From positions 2,240,001-2,304,000 of the forward strand of contig OZ244048.1 of the NCBI GenBank assembly GCA_965215265.1: a DNA stretch of 64,000 nucleotides, given 5' to 3'. Each line of letters starts with the position of its first letter. Position 1 is the first letter of the stretch. The DNA is from Candidatus Poribacteria bacterium. Its GTDB lineage: Bacteria > Poribacteria > WGA-4E > WGA-3G. A model generated the notes under the pieces. That model searched no databases, was not told where the DNA came from, and saw nothing but the letters and a program-made list of their open reading frames with translations. Position numbers and translations under genes: made by a program. Below are positions 21,386 to 31,433 of this stretch, piece by piece.

Positions 21386-21768
21386 AGCATCCCTCTTTAC
21401 TCTTTATATAATTCGAAATCTCCGTGAGAGTCAAGTTAATCATAAGCATCACGTTTGTCAAATACCGCGACTGGTTTGGATGCAGCGGTTCCCTTTGTCG
21501 CAGTCGCAGCGGTAGACGCAATATTTGTTGCCCAAAACCGACGTGACGCTGAACGCGATGGAAAATTAAATGTTGACCCCTATTTTTAATTGTGCTATAG
21601 TTTAACGCAAATCGGATTAAAATTCAAAAGACTTTTTTCCGGTCATGGTAGATTGCGACTCATAGAGAGATGCCACGGTTGCTTTGGCGAGATGAAAGCG
21701 CCCTGTTTACGCCACGAGAACCGTGCAGTACACCGTTCATAAAAAAAACTGAAGAGGAGGAACGACTG

Positions 21769-22176
21769 ATGGCTAACGTAAAACATGACCTGGTTGAATA
21801 TCCTATCCAGGATAACGTTCGGCTTGAGGTATATTGGCGCGACGATGCGGGTGGACGCGGGCCCGCTGCATCCTTGTATGTGTATGATGACGAAATCATG
21901 CGATTTGACTGTTTCGGCAGCGATAATGGACATTGCCACTTTAATTTGCGCCAAACACGCGGCAGACGGTGGATGTATCCAGCAGGCTCCTTCCGGGATC
22001 ATATTCAGCAGAGTTTGTTCGATTTACGAACCAATCTGACGTTTTGTCTGCAAACGCACCAAGATGAACGCGTGCAGTCCGTGGAGGTTGCACAGGAAAA
22101 GCTGGAACACGTCTCACGCCAGATGGAGGCGCAATTGCTGAAATTTGCCGATGAACTGGCAGGCGGAACGGGATGA
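21769..22176 (+). CDS. Hypothetical protein
   Basis: Strong RBS gaggagg before ATG 21769; 'EIMRFDCFG...HCH'; overlaps the nnr start (ATGA). Confidence 0.7.
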   Translation: MANVKHDLVEYPIQDNVRLEVYWRDDAGGRGPAASLYVYDDEIMRFDCFGSDNGHCHFNLRQTRGRRWMYPAGSFRDHIQQSLFDLRTNLTFCLQTHQDERVQSVEVAQEKLEHVSRQMEAQLLKFADELAGGTG

Positions 22177-23858
22177 AAGTCGTGAGCGCGATGGAAATGC
22201 GCGAGATTGATAGTGAGACGATTGAGGGCATTGGCATTCCCGGCATTGTGCTGATGGAAACCGCCGGACGTGCAATTGCCCACTCAATCGAGCGCAATTA
22301 TCCGGCTTGTCAGCACATCGGCATTTTTGTGGGGAAAGGCAACAACGGGGGCGATGGTTTAGTTATCGCGCGACAACTCGTGCATGTTGGGCGTGCTGTG
22401 GATGTGTTCCTCGTGTCGCCTATTGAAAGTTTTAGAGGGGATGCGCTTAGGAATCTGCAAATTGCGAGTCGTCTCAGTAAGGGGGCGCGGTTTTTTTGTA
22501 TTGTAGGCGAAAATAAGGGTTCTGACATTTTGCAGATTGAATCGGATGGAGACGTTGTTTTCGGGCACTATAAGAAGGTTCCTAATTGGGAATCGGAAAT
22601 TGACATCACATCGCATGTTGACAAACTCAATTGTGAGCTCTTTGTTGATGCAATTTTCGGTATAGGTTTACGTGGCCCGGTTGATGGTGAAATTGCGGAT
22701 GTGATTGAGGCTATCAACCGTAGCTCTGTGCCTATTGTATCGGTTGATGTGCCATCTGGGCTAGATGTGGATACAGGGAGTCAACGTGGTGCCTGCGTCC
22801 GGGCTGATAGAACGGTGACAATCGGGCTACCTAAACGCGGATTGTTGTTGCATCCGGGTGCTGCATTCGCAGGGCAGCTGGAAGTTGCCGATATCGGTTT
22901 TCCGGAGCAAGTTGTCGCTGCACAAAATATTGAAGTGAACTGTACAACAGCGGACGATGCTGCGAATTGGCTGCCGGCGCGTCCTACGGCGACACATAAA
23001 GGTGATTATGGGCGTGTTCTTGTTGTCGCCGGATCGCGCGGCATGACAGGTGCAGCTGCGCTGGCCAGTGAAGCCGCGCTACGCGCAGGGGCAGGATTGG
23101 TAACGCTTGCGATTCCGAAATCTCTCAATCCGATTTTAGAAGTAAAACTAGCTGAAGTCATGACATTGCCCCTCCCGGAAACGGAAACAGGCAGCTTAGC
23201 AGAATCGGCTGTTGCGAGTATTCTCGAATTCGGAGAAAAAACAGAATCAGTACTCGCCATTGGTCCCGGCCTCTCTCAACATCCAGGGACGGTATCACTC
23301 GTTCAATCTGTTGTTAACGCGAATAAGCAATTCGGTTTCCGCATGGTTATCGATGCCGATGGATTGAACGCGCTCTCACAAAAGACGGATAAGGATGCCA
23401 GACTGCAATTCGGCAGAGATACGGTGCTAACACCGCACCCTGGCGAGATGGCACGTCTGATGAATACGACTGTTCCTGAATTAGAGGCGGATCGAATTGG
23501 GAACGCACAGCAATTTGCATGTGAATACGGTGTGACGCTTGTACTTAAAGGGGCACCGACGGTTACAGGATTCCGAGACGGTGATGTCTGGATAAATTCA
23601 ACCGGCAATCCGGGCATGGCATCGGCGGGCATGGGGGATGTATTGACAGGAGTCATCGCCGGGTTGATGGCGCAAGGTTTACCGAGCGAGCAGGCGGCGG
23701 TGCTGGGTGTCTACCTACACGGGTTAGCTGCCGATATCGCTGCTGAGAGGATGGGTTTGCACGGGCTCATCGCGAGCGATGTACTTAACGCAGTCCCACA
23801 AGCAATACTGTCTAGTATGGAGACGCGGGGAAAAATAGAGGTAGAGGCGAAAAAGTGA
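22173..23858 (+). CDS. nnr: Bifunctional NAD(P)H-hydrate epimerase/dehydratase
   Basis: LMETAG, GKGNNGGDG, DVPSG, HKGDYG, DADGLN, TPHPGEM, GMGDVLTG. Confidence 0.93.
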   Translation: MKVVSAMEMREIDSETIEGIGIPGIVLMETAGRAIAHSIERNYPACQHIGIFVGKGNNGGDGLVIARQLVHVGRAVDVFLVSPIESFRGDALRNLQIASRLSKGARFFCIVGENKGSDILQIESDGDVVFGHYKKVPNWESEIDITSHVDKLNCELFVDAIFGIGLRGPVDGEIADVIEAINRSSVPIVSVDVPSGLDVDTGSQRGACVRADRTVTIGLPKRGLLLHPGAAFAGQLEVADIGFPEQVVAAQNIEVNCTTADDAANWLPARPTATHKGDYGRVLVVAGSRGMTGAAALASEAALRAGAGLVTLAIPKSLNPILEVKLAEVMTLPLPETETGSLAESAVASILEFGEKTESVLAIGPGLSQHPGTVSLVQSVVNANKQFGFRMVIDADGLNALSQKTDKDARLQFGRDTVLTPHPGEMARLMNTTVPELEADRIGNAQQFACEYGVTLVLKGAPTVTGFRDGDVWINSTGNPGMASAGMGDVLTGVIAGLMAQGLPSEQAAVLGVYLHGLAADIAAERMGLHGLIASDVLNAVPQAILSSMETRGKIEVEAKK

Positions 23859-23877
23859 TAGAAAAAACGGAGGCATC

Positions 23878-24660
23878 ATGGAACTCGGATTGACAGGAAA
23901 AGTTGCTGTGATAACTGGTGGTAGCGAGGGCATCGGCAAAGGTATCGCGATGCGCTTGTGTATGGAGGGCGCGAAGGTAGCAATTTGCGCGAGACGTGAG
24001 ATAGTTCTAGCAGATGCTGCTGCAGAAATTTGTGCCCAGACAGGCGGTGAAGTGCTTGCAATTTCAGCGGATGTGACGGTGCCGGAAACGTTGACGAAGT
24101 TTATTGAACAGACCGTCTCTGATTTTGGAAGGATTGACATCCTTGTGAATAACGCGGGCCGTTCGGCGGGTGGTGAGTTTGAAAAAACCAGCGACGAGAC
24201 GTGGTATGCCGATCTGGATCTGAAGTTAATGGGTGCTGTGCGTTGCACACGGTTAGTCATCCCGTACATGAAAGCAAATGGAAACGGCCGGATTATCAAC
24301 ATTACGCATCCGGGCGGCAAACAGCCTGGGGCAGGTTCTTGCCCGACTTCGGTGAGTCGCGCAGCTGGCATTGCCTTGACAAAAGCACTCTCCAAGGAAC
24401 TTTTACCTCATAAAATCTTAGTCAATACAGTCTGTCTCACCTCTATTAAGAGCGCACAAGGAGAACGTGCATGGAAGGCAGCGGGTTCACCGGGAACGAT
24501 TGAGGAATATTGGCAGGCACGAGGTACGGAGCATCCGATTGGACGTTTAGGCGAACCGGATGAAGTCGGGGATTTAGTTGCTTTTCTCGTATCAGAACGC
24601 GCGTCGTTTATTACAGGAACGGCTATTAATATTGATGGAGGGCTGTCAGCAGTTGTATAA
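23878..24660 (+). CDS. Short-chain dehydrogenase/reductase
   Basis: TGGSEGIG, LVNNAG, PIGRLG, ITGTAINIDGG. Confidence 0.9.
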   Translation: MELGLTGKVAVITGGSEGIGKGIAMRLCMEGAKVAICARREIVLADAAAEICAQTGGEVLAISADVTVPETLTKFIEQTVSDFGRIDILVNNAGRSAGGEFEKTSDETWYADLDLKLMGAVRCTRLVIPYMKANGNGRIINITHPGGKQPGAGSCPTSVSRAAGIALTKALSKELLPHKILVNTVCLTSIKSAQGERAWKAAGSPGTIEEYWQARGTEHPIGRLGEPDEVGDLVAFLVSERASFITGTAINIDGGLSAVV

Positions 24661-24749
24661 GGAAGCAGGCATAAGGTTCGTGCCCGGCTTAATGGTTTGA
24701 ACTAAGGTAAACATTTTTCACCGGCATCTGCATAGAAAAAAAGGAAAAG

Positions 24750-25157
24750 ATGGCATACAAAATTTATCCGGTAGCGGCGGCTGATGCGTCCACTGCATTC
24801 CAAATAGAACTGGATGCACGGGCAATTGCAGCGGCGAAAGAACTTGAGAACAGCAGCGGTGATAGGGGAGAGCGGGAAGGAATTTTACAGAAACACTTCG
24901 GTTCCGATTACGAGAAAGGCTACCGAGGCACTGCATGGAGCTTGCACGGTATCTCCGCAGGACTGACACCGTCACGTTTGGCGGCACTGCTGGATGCACA
25001 CGGTGAATTCTTCGATGCCTGCGAAGAACGCGAAACGTTTGACCACAGCCTCATGGTGAACGTTGAAGAAGAATTGGCATCGCAGCTAGAGGATATTCCT
25101 GAATCTGTTTTGGAGGCAATTGTTGAGACGTATAAGGCGGAATTGTTAAGCATGTAG
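24750..25157 (+). CDS. Hypothetical protein
   Basis: 135-aa ORF with RBS-like aaggaaa. Confidence 0.6.
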   Translation: MAYKIYPVAAADASTAFQIELDARAIAAAKELENSSGDRGEREGILQKHFGSDYEKGYRGTAWSLHGISAGLTPSRLAALLDAHGEFFDACEERETFDHSLMVNVEEELASQLEDIPESVLEAIVETYKAELLSM

Positions 25158-25164
25158 TCCTTTT

Positions 25165-25573
25165 TTCGTATATTTCAGTACCATCAACGCTTATGCTTTG
25201 CTAATCCGTGTGTAAATCTCGTCGGAGGTTCTCTCTGTTTCGATACAAAACATAAACGGCTCTGACGAGTTTTGTGCAAGGGTTATCATAACATCAATCA
25301 TTGTTGGGCCCCTGTAGACAAAAGAGCGAGATTTGTAAAGTGTTTATCAAAACATAGTGCGTTATTGTGCAATAGTAGACAACTTTTTCCCAATTCCTGT
25401 GTGCATAAGTTCTAATTTTTCATCTAGTGCATCACAACAAAAATCAATGTTGTGATGAAATATTTACAAATCTCGTCGGAGGGTTCTGATGTTTAGAACC
25501 AATGCCTCGAACGGCTCCGACGAGATTTACACACGAGCTATCAAAACATAGACGTTGATGGTACGGAGATATA
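25165..25573. mobile_element. Mosaic cluster of a short repeat (core aaatctcgtcggag) in both orientations, MITE/BIME-like
   Basis: About five degenerate units; the outer ~60 bp form imperfect inverted repeats; a homologous unit is inserted at 63316-63401. Confidence 0.7.
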
Positions 25574-25657
25574 AGGTGTTCATAAAAGCGTCTTTGTTGT
25601 GCTTAAATATACTAAAAGATCTTTTCAGACGTGTAAGCACCGGAAGGAACATATGAG

Positions 25658-27088
25658 ATGTTACTGACTCTGATTCAAAAAGAGATTATGCATCATGTGC
25701 TCAGTGTACGGTTTATTGCTCTCCTACTGATGTGTCTCTTGCTCATTCCGCTGACCCTTTCTATCAATTATCACAAACACCTTCAACACCGGGTCGATTA
25801 TCAAGAGGCGGTTAAGCTCGCAAACATAGAAGAAACTACGGTGAACCCGAAGATGCCCCTGGAACCGGAGCTTGAAGTGTCCAAACTTTTCCTCAAACCC
25901 ACGCCGTTGAGTGTGTTCGCGAGCGGTTTAGAGGAGGCTCTGCCGAGCTATCTTGGGATGACGCGCAACGGTGTGACGCAAGGCGCGCCGGCACTCGTTT
26001 CGGCACCGCTTTCTTATCTTTTGGGACAGCTCGATTTTCTGTTCATTGTCAGTACAGTCTTCAGTCTGCTAGCGCTGCTATTTACCTTTGATGCCGTTGC
26101 CGGAGAAAGAGAGGCAGGGACGCTGCGGATAACCTTAGCAAACTCTCTGCCGCGTGATTACTTCCTATGGAGCAAACTAATCGGTGGCTATATTGTGTTT
26201 ATAGTACCGTTCTTAATGTCGTTCCTCGTCGGCTTACTGATGCTTGTCACGCAAGGGTTCCCGCTCGGCGAGCCAGACATTTTGGGTCGAACTCTTGGCA
26301 TCATACTGGTTTCAATGCTCTATATCGCAGTATTTTTTGCAATAGGAACGGTGATTTCGACCTTTCTAGACAGTTCTAAAACGGCACTTATTATCGCCTT
26401 TACTGTGTGGGTGTTCGCGGTGCTCATTGCCCCCCGGATTGGGTTTCTTGCGGCGAAATTCATCGCACCGACACAAACTTTGCAGAGTGTCTATCAAGAA
26501 AAGACGGCAATCCGAGATAATTTAAATGCAGAACTTGAACCGAAAAAAATGAAAATACACCAAGAAATTTGGAAAGACCTTGGTCAACTCTCTGTAGAAG
26601 AGCAGATTGCGGCTGGAATGGAAACTGGAAAAGAGGTTGATAAACGCGTGCAACCGCTTGAACAGGAGTATCGACAGAAATTTGTGAAGCTAGCTAACGA
26701 GATAGATAGACGTTATCAACGTGAAAAGAAGCGACAGGAGCAGGTAGGGGAAACCTTATCCCGAATCACACCGACATCTTCCTTAATCTATATTAGCACG
26801 AATTTAACACGGACGGGTAGGGAGAAAAAAAGCACCTATTTCGAAGTAGGGGAACGCTACCATGATGCACTCTATATAGATTTGTTCAGTAAAATCGTAG
26901 ATCATCTCTCCACCAGAACGACCAATCCTGCTACGGATATAGTCAAAATCACACAACCGCCAGCCATAGAAGAGACTTCCCTAGCGGAGACTTTGCGTCA
27001 ATCCCTTGTTGATGTACTGCTGCTCTGTTTCTTCGCAGTGGTGTTAGCAACAGTAGCATTTGTGAAATTCTTCCGTTCGGATATTTGA
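25658..27088 (+). CDS. ABC-2 type transporter permease-like protein
   Basis: FDAVAGEREAGTLRITLAN, multiple TM segments, C-terminal FFRSDI. Confidence 0.85.
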   Translation: MLLTLIQKEIMHHVLSVRFIALLLMCLLLIPLTLSINYHKHLQHRVDYQEAVKLANIEETTVNPKMPLEPELEVSKLFLKPTPLSVFASGLEEALPSYLGMTRNGVTQGAPALVSAPLSYLLGQLDFLFIVSTVFSLLALLFTFDAVAGEREAGTLRITLANSLPRDYFLWSKLIGGYIVFIVPFLMSFLVGLLMLVTQGFPLGEPDILGRTLGIILVSMLYIAVFFAIGTVISTFLDSSKTALIIAFTVWVFAVLIAPRIGFLAAKFIAPTQTLQSVYQEKTAIRDNLNAELEPKKMKIHQEIWKDLGQLSVEEQIAAGMETGKEVDKRVQPLEQEYRQKFVKLANEIDRRYQREKKRQEQVGETLSRITPTSSLIYISTNLTRTGREKKSTYFEVGERYHDALYIDLFSKIVDHLSTRTTNPATDIVKITQPPAIEETSLAETLRQSLVDVLLLCFFAVVLATVAFVKFFRSDI

Positions 27089-27158
27089 GGTTCACAATAT
27101 CTCAGCCCCTCACCACGTGATGTTTTTTCGTATACTGTAACCCATCAACAAAAGGAAA

Positions 27159-28607
27159 TCACTTCAGCTCGCTTTTCAAGAACGAAATCTGCGCAAGAAT
27201 AAAGAACAGCAGATTAAAAAGTATTAGTAGCGCGCTGGGGAGCAGCACGTTTTCGTGCGAGCTGCGCTCCTCAAATCTGGGGACTGCGTCGGGTGCCACG
27301 GGTTTCTGGGACAAACCCTCTTTGACAGGATAGATGTGTAAACTCTCTGGATCGTTTCGATCCGCGGTTTTGACAAAATCGATAAAGGTTTGACGGTATC
27401 GGCGTGCTTGTTTGACAAAATTCATGTAGCTTACCATCCCGGTGTTTGCGAGTCCTTCCATCGCATATTGGAAGCATGCTATTGGGGAGAGCTGCGTCAA
27501 ACCGGCTGCAAATTGTAATTGTCGAAATTGCCGGTCGATCTGTTCATCAGCAAACCGAGTTTTGATTGCGACTTCTTTGTTGAAGAATTCAGCCCATTTG
27601 CGTGTTGCCTCTGGATCTTGGGTAGAGGCAGCTTTCGGTAATTTGCCATCATCGCCAAAAGGGTTGTAGTCATCTCTTATCTGTTGGAGCTGCTTCTCTT
27701 TTTGCCTGGCGACCTCGTCAACGGATGGAATCGGGTTCAAATTGCTGACGAAGGTAGCGAGGAGCCCTGGAAACACAAACGCCAAGCAGACCCAGGTGAG
27801 GAGCAGCCACACTAGACTGGTAATTGCATTAGTGACACGACTTGAGACAAACAGTCCGAGGAAGATAAAGTTTGAGAGGTGTAGGGCAAAGAGTCCTATG
27901 ATGGCGAGGATGCGCAGCCAGTCGCTCCCGTCAAGCGGTATACTCTTTGTGAGAAGGATGGCAATCAGATTCATCAGGATGCCGATAATAAGTGGTAACG
28001 TAAGCGTCACAAACGCCCCGAGGTATTTCCCTAGTAGCATCTGCCCGCGTGATACTTGATTGGACATGATGAGACTCAGCGTGCCGCGTGTCCGTTCGCC
28101 GGCGATGGCATCAAACGTGAACAAGATTGTGAAGAAACTCATCAGAACGCCGATGAACACCCAATCCATTTTGATACGCTGGGTTGAACTGGCACCGCTG
28201 CTCGTAAGCGGATATTCCAAAACCCATGGACCGCTCCAAGAGTAGTCAAAATCCTTATCTCCACTGCTTCGACTGGCAGAGCCTTGAACTTGCATGAAGA
28301 CCTGATCTGGTATGAGTTCATCAGCACCATCGACGCAAAATTTGAGGCGACTGGGCTGCTTGGGTATATTGCCGGGGCCCTCTAGTGCCAATTTCGCGAG
28401 GCTGTCCGCTGCGATGTTTTGGAGCCGTGTCTGCCGCTGCTTGAGTATACTATGATAGGTATTATTTTGCGCGGTATACCCATCCTTACCTAACCCGTAA
28501 ATCAGCGCGTTCGCTACCATGAGGAGCGGCAGCAATATCATAGTTAAGGCGAACCGCAGCGTCGTCAGATTATGATAAATTTCTTTCGTGGCGATGTACC
28601 AAATCAT
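27159..28607 (-). CDS. ABC-2 type transporter permease-like protein
   Basis: FDAIAGERTRGTLSLIMSN...GKYLG. Confidence 0.85.
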   Translation of the reverse strand: MIWYIATKEIYHNLTTLRFALTMILLPLLMVANALIYGLGKDGYTAQNNTYHSILKQRQTRLQNIAADSLAKLALEGPGNIPKQPSRLKFCVDGADELIPDQVFMQVQGSASRSSGDKDFDYSWSGPWVLEYPLTSSGASSTQRIKMDWVFIGVLMSFFTILFTFDAIAGERTRGTLSLIMSNQVSRGQMLLGKYLGAFVTLTLPLIIGILMNLIAILLTKSIPLDGSDWLRILAIIGLFALHLSNFIFLGLFVSSRVTNAITSLVWLLLTWVCLAFVFPGLLATFVSNLNPIPSVDEVARQKEKQLQQIRDDYNPFGDDGKLPKAASTQDPEATRKWAEFFNKEVAIKTRFADEQIDRQFRQLQFAAGLTQLSPIACFQYAMEGLANTGMVSYMNFVKQARRYRQTFIDFVKTADRNDPESLHIYPVKEGLSQKPVAPDAVPRFEERSSHENVLLPSALLILFNLLFFILAQISFLKSELK

Positions 28608-28652
28608 GGATTTTCTCCGAAAAAAAAACCGTATAGGTGGGGTGCAATGCTT

Positions 28653-30158
28653 TCAACTCATATCATAGCGAAGGAACGAGAGATACGCGGCCATGAAGAG
28701 GATGAGGTTCCACGCAAATAAGATGAAAAAATCGCCTTGGGCGCGCGATAGACTTTCTAAGAGAGAAGGACGGCGGTGCTGAAAAGTGGGCATATCAGTG
28801 AACACCGCCTGGCCTTGGTCATCGGCGAACCACTGGCGTGAAGAAAACGCCTCTTTATCGATGAGATAATTCACAATTTCGCGCTTATAGGTTCGTGCAC
28901 TTAAAAGGAAGTCCCGATAACTTTCCCGATTCGTGCCGGCGATAGTCCCGACAGCGAAGCGGTATACCTCAGCGAAAGAGATACGAGAAATGTCGTCAGC
29001 GAACTGTGCATTCTTCTCTTGGTCATCGGCTGTTTTTCTGAGAATTGCGCCAACCCTATCCGCATACCGAACGCGCAGCGGTTCTTGCCAGCCCAGAAAT
29101 TCCTGATATTTAGAAGTATCGGCGACCTCTAGGCTATTCGGTGTCCATTTCTCTGCTAGGTGAAATGGAGAAGAACCAGAGGACGAGCCGCCGCCGGTAC
29201 TCTGTGTATTTGGTGGCCAAGAAACGGTATCCAAAGGTTTCTGATAGCCGCGTTTTTTTAGATAGGTATCGCGCTCTCTTTTGAACTCTTCCCACAACTC
29301 AATTGTCTGAGAAACCCGGTTAGTGGATTTAACAGGATGAGGTGGGAATTTCTCGACGGCAAAGAGCGTTAGGTTTGAATGCACGATAGTTAGCAGAACC
29401 CAAATAAACATGGAGAGTATTAAAGTCGTCGCCGCTTCTTTAGTCCATACGGACAGGAGGAGCCCGACAAGATACCACGTTGAGACGTAGAACAGAGAGA
29501 GCACGAGAATCAAGCTGATACGCCCCATATCAGCACCGTCAAAATCGGTTACAGGTGAGGTTTGCGCAAGGAGGAACGCGACTAGAAAACTGATAAGGAT
29601 AATTGGGAGGAGTGATAGCATCCCCCCAAGGTATTTTCCAAGCACCAAGATGCCCCTTGAAATCGGATTGGACAGTACCAGTTTTAACGTTCCATCTTCG
29701 CTCTCCCCAGAAATCGTATTATAAGCGAATAGAATCGCCAATGCGCTCAGCACGATTTTAGAGACGAAAGTTACATCAACGGTGAGGAACCTCGCTAAAA
29801 AAGGATTATCCGAGCCCCGTTTCTGCGCGTCTGGTGAGCCGCCCCAAATCGGTTTAGGGAGCTCAATACTGATGGTATTGGCACCCACATTTTCCATTCC
29901 GACGTTAAAGATACCGAGCGGATTCGGCTTCCGGTGTGCTTTGGGACTGATATCGCTATAGAGGTTCCACAAATCGGATTCTCCTTGTGTTTCTCGTATA
30001 GCCGTGTGATAGGCTGTCAGTCGGTTCTCATAATGATCAACTTGCACGAAAACAGCAACACCTATCGCAAGCAGATTGACAAGGAACCCGATGATAAAGC
30101 GAGAAGTTAGGACATTTGAGACGAATTCTCGTCGGATAATTAGCCATAATGCTGTCAT
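28653..30158 (-). CDS. ABC-2 type transporter permease-like protein
   Basis: YNTISGESEDGTLKLVLSNP...GKYLG; start at MTALW after RBS agagga. Confidence 0.85.
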   Translation of the reverse strand: MTALWLIIRREFVSNVLTSRFIIGFLVNLLAIGVAVFVQVDHYENRLTAYHTAIRETQGESDLWNLYSDISPKAHRKPNPLGIFNVGMENVGANTISIELPKPIWGGSPDAQKRGSDNPFLARFLTVDVTFVSKIVLSALAILFAYNTISGESEDGTLKLVLSNPISRGILVLGKYLGGMLSLLPIILISFLVAFLLAQTSPVTDFDGADMGRISLILVLSLFYVSTWYLVGLLLSVWTKEAATTLILSMFIWVLLTIVHSNLTLFAVEKFPPHPVKSTNRVSQTIELWEEFKRERDTYLKKRGYQKPLDTVSWPPNTQSTGGGSSSGSSPFHLAEKWTPNSLEVADTSKYQEFLGWQEPLRVRYADRVGAILRKTADDQEKNAQFADDISRISFAEVYRFAVGTIAGTNRESYRDFLLSARTYKREIVNYLIDKEAFSSRQWFADDQGQAVFTDMPTFQHRRPSLLESLSRAQGDFFILFAWNLILFMAAYLSFLRYDMS

Positions 30159-30271
30159 TTTTATGTCCTCTGTTAGTAAGTGTGAGCCGGAGTGGCAGGA
30201 TAGGTATCTTTGTCTCATGGCAAGATTACCTTTTACCTGCCTCCCCCACTGGGAAGTTTGCGTGTGCCTGT

Positions 30272-31369
30272 TTAATAATCGGCGATGGAGCCGTCCGCTA
30301 AGCGGTTGTCGGGCCAGGTGAAACGTCTGCCTGGTTCGTTTCCAATTTCAATCACCCGTTCTTCATCGACCTCAACGCCCAAGCCGGGTCCTTCTGGTAG
30401 TGAAACGTAGCCATCTGCGTCCATGGACCAAGTCTTGTGCGCGACACCATCGGGTAGTACATTCTCGTATCCTTCATGGATGAGGAAAAACGGTACAGCG
30501 GCGGCGAGTTGAAAACTCGCTGTCAATCCGAGATATGACATAGTGCAGTGGGGTGCAATGGGTACGTGGTGTGCTTCGGCGAGTGCAGCGACCTTCTTAA
30601 CTTGGGTGATGCCGCCGCCATGTCCACAATCAGGCTGAAGGATGTCAATGACTTGCGCTTCAAGAATTTCGCGTACGTCCCAGATTGTCCTGTCGCGTTC
30701 GCCGGTTGCGAGCGGAACAGGAACGGCTTCTCGGATTTTTCGCATCACTTCGACATTGCCCGGAACCCATGCCTCTTCTAAGAACAGTAGTTCATCAGGT
30801 TTAAGATATCCTGCAAATTGTTTGACAATTGGTGGGGGGAGGCAACTATGTGCGTCAAACATAACAGCACCATCCGGTCCGACCTTCTCTCGTGCGTCTT
30901 GCACGCGCTGGACAAGCTGGGCTATCTCGTTGGGTGTGCCTGCGAACGGTTTGGAACCGCCCGGTCCGGTCTTTATGGCCTTCGGGCTCGGATATTTCCA
31001 GATTTTATCGCGACACGGTCCGCCAAGCAAGCGATAGACTGGCACTCCCCATAGTTTTCCTGCAATATCCCAGAGTGCCATATCAATAGCAGAAATGGTG
31101 TGTACCATCAAGCCGCCGCCGCGGATGTTACGATGCGCGCGAAACAAGCGCTGCCAATGATGCTCAATGCGCGTCGGATTTTCCCCGATAATCAGTTCCG
31201 CCAAGGAGCGTGCCAGCGCACAGGTAACGGTTGTCTCCATATTATTAATCTCACCCCATCCAATGACACCCATGTTGGTTTCAATTTTAACATAAGCTTT
31301 CACACCCATCGGAAACGCCTCAAGGTGTGTCACTCGAATTTGCGAGCCTTTATCTTCATAGTCTGCCAT
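30272..31369 (-). CDS. Mandelate racemase/muconate lactonizing (galactonate dehydratase-like) enzyme
   Basis: SAIDMALWDIAGK, DAH, LEE, ATGER, QPD, APH. Confidence 0.88.
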   Translation of the reverse strand: MADYEDKGSQIRVTHLEAFPMGVKAYVKIETNMGVIGWGEINNMETTVTCALARSLAELIIGENPTRIEHHWQRLFRAHRNIRGGGLMVHTISAIDMALWDIAGKLWGVPVYRLLGGPCRDKIWKYPSPKAIKTGPGGSKPFAGTPNEIAQLVQRVQDAREKVGPDGAVMFDAHSCLPPPIVKQFAGYLKPDELLFLEEAWVPGNVEVMRKIREAVPVPLATGERDRTIWDVREILEAQVIDILQPDCGHGGGITQVKKVAALAEAHHVPIAPHCTMSYLGLTASFQLAAAVPFFLIHEGYENVLPDGVAHKTWSMDADGYVSLPEGPGLGVEVDEERVIEIGNEPGRRFTWPDNRLADGSIADY

Positions 31370-31433
31370 CTTGTGTATCTCTCCTCGCTATTTTTAGCAG
31401 GCTTCTTATCCTGAAATGTGTTTCAAGTTAAAC

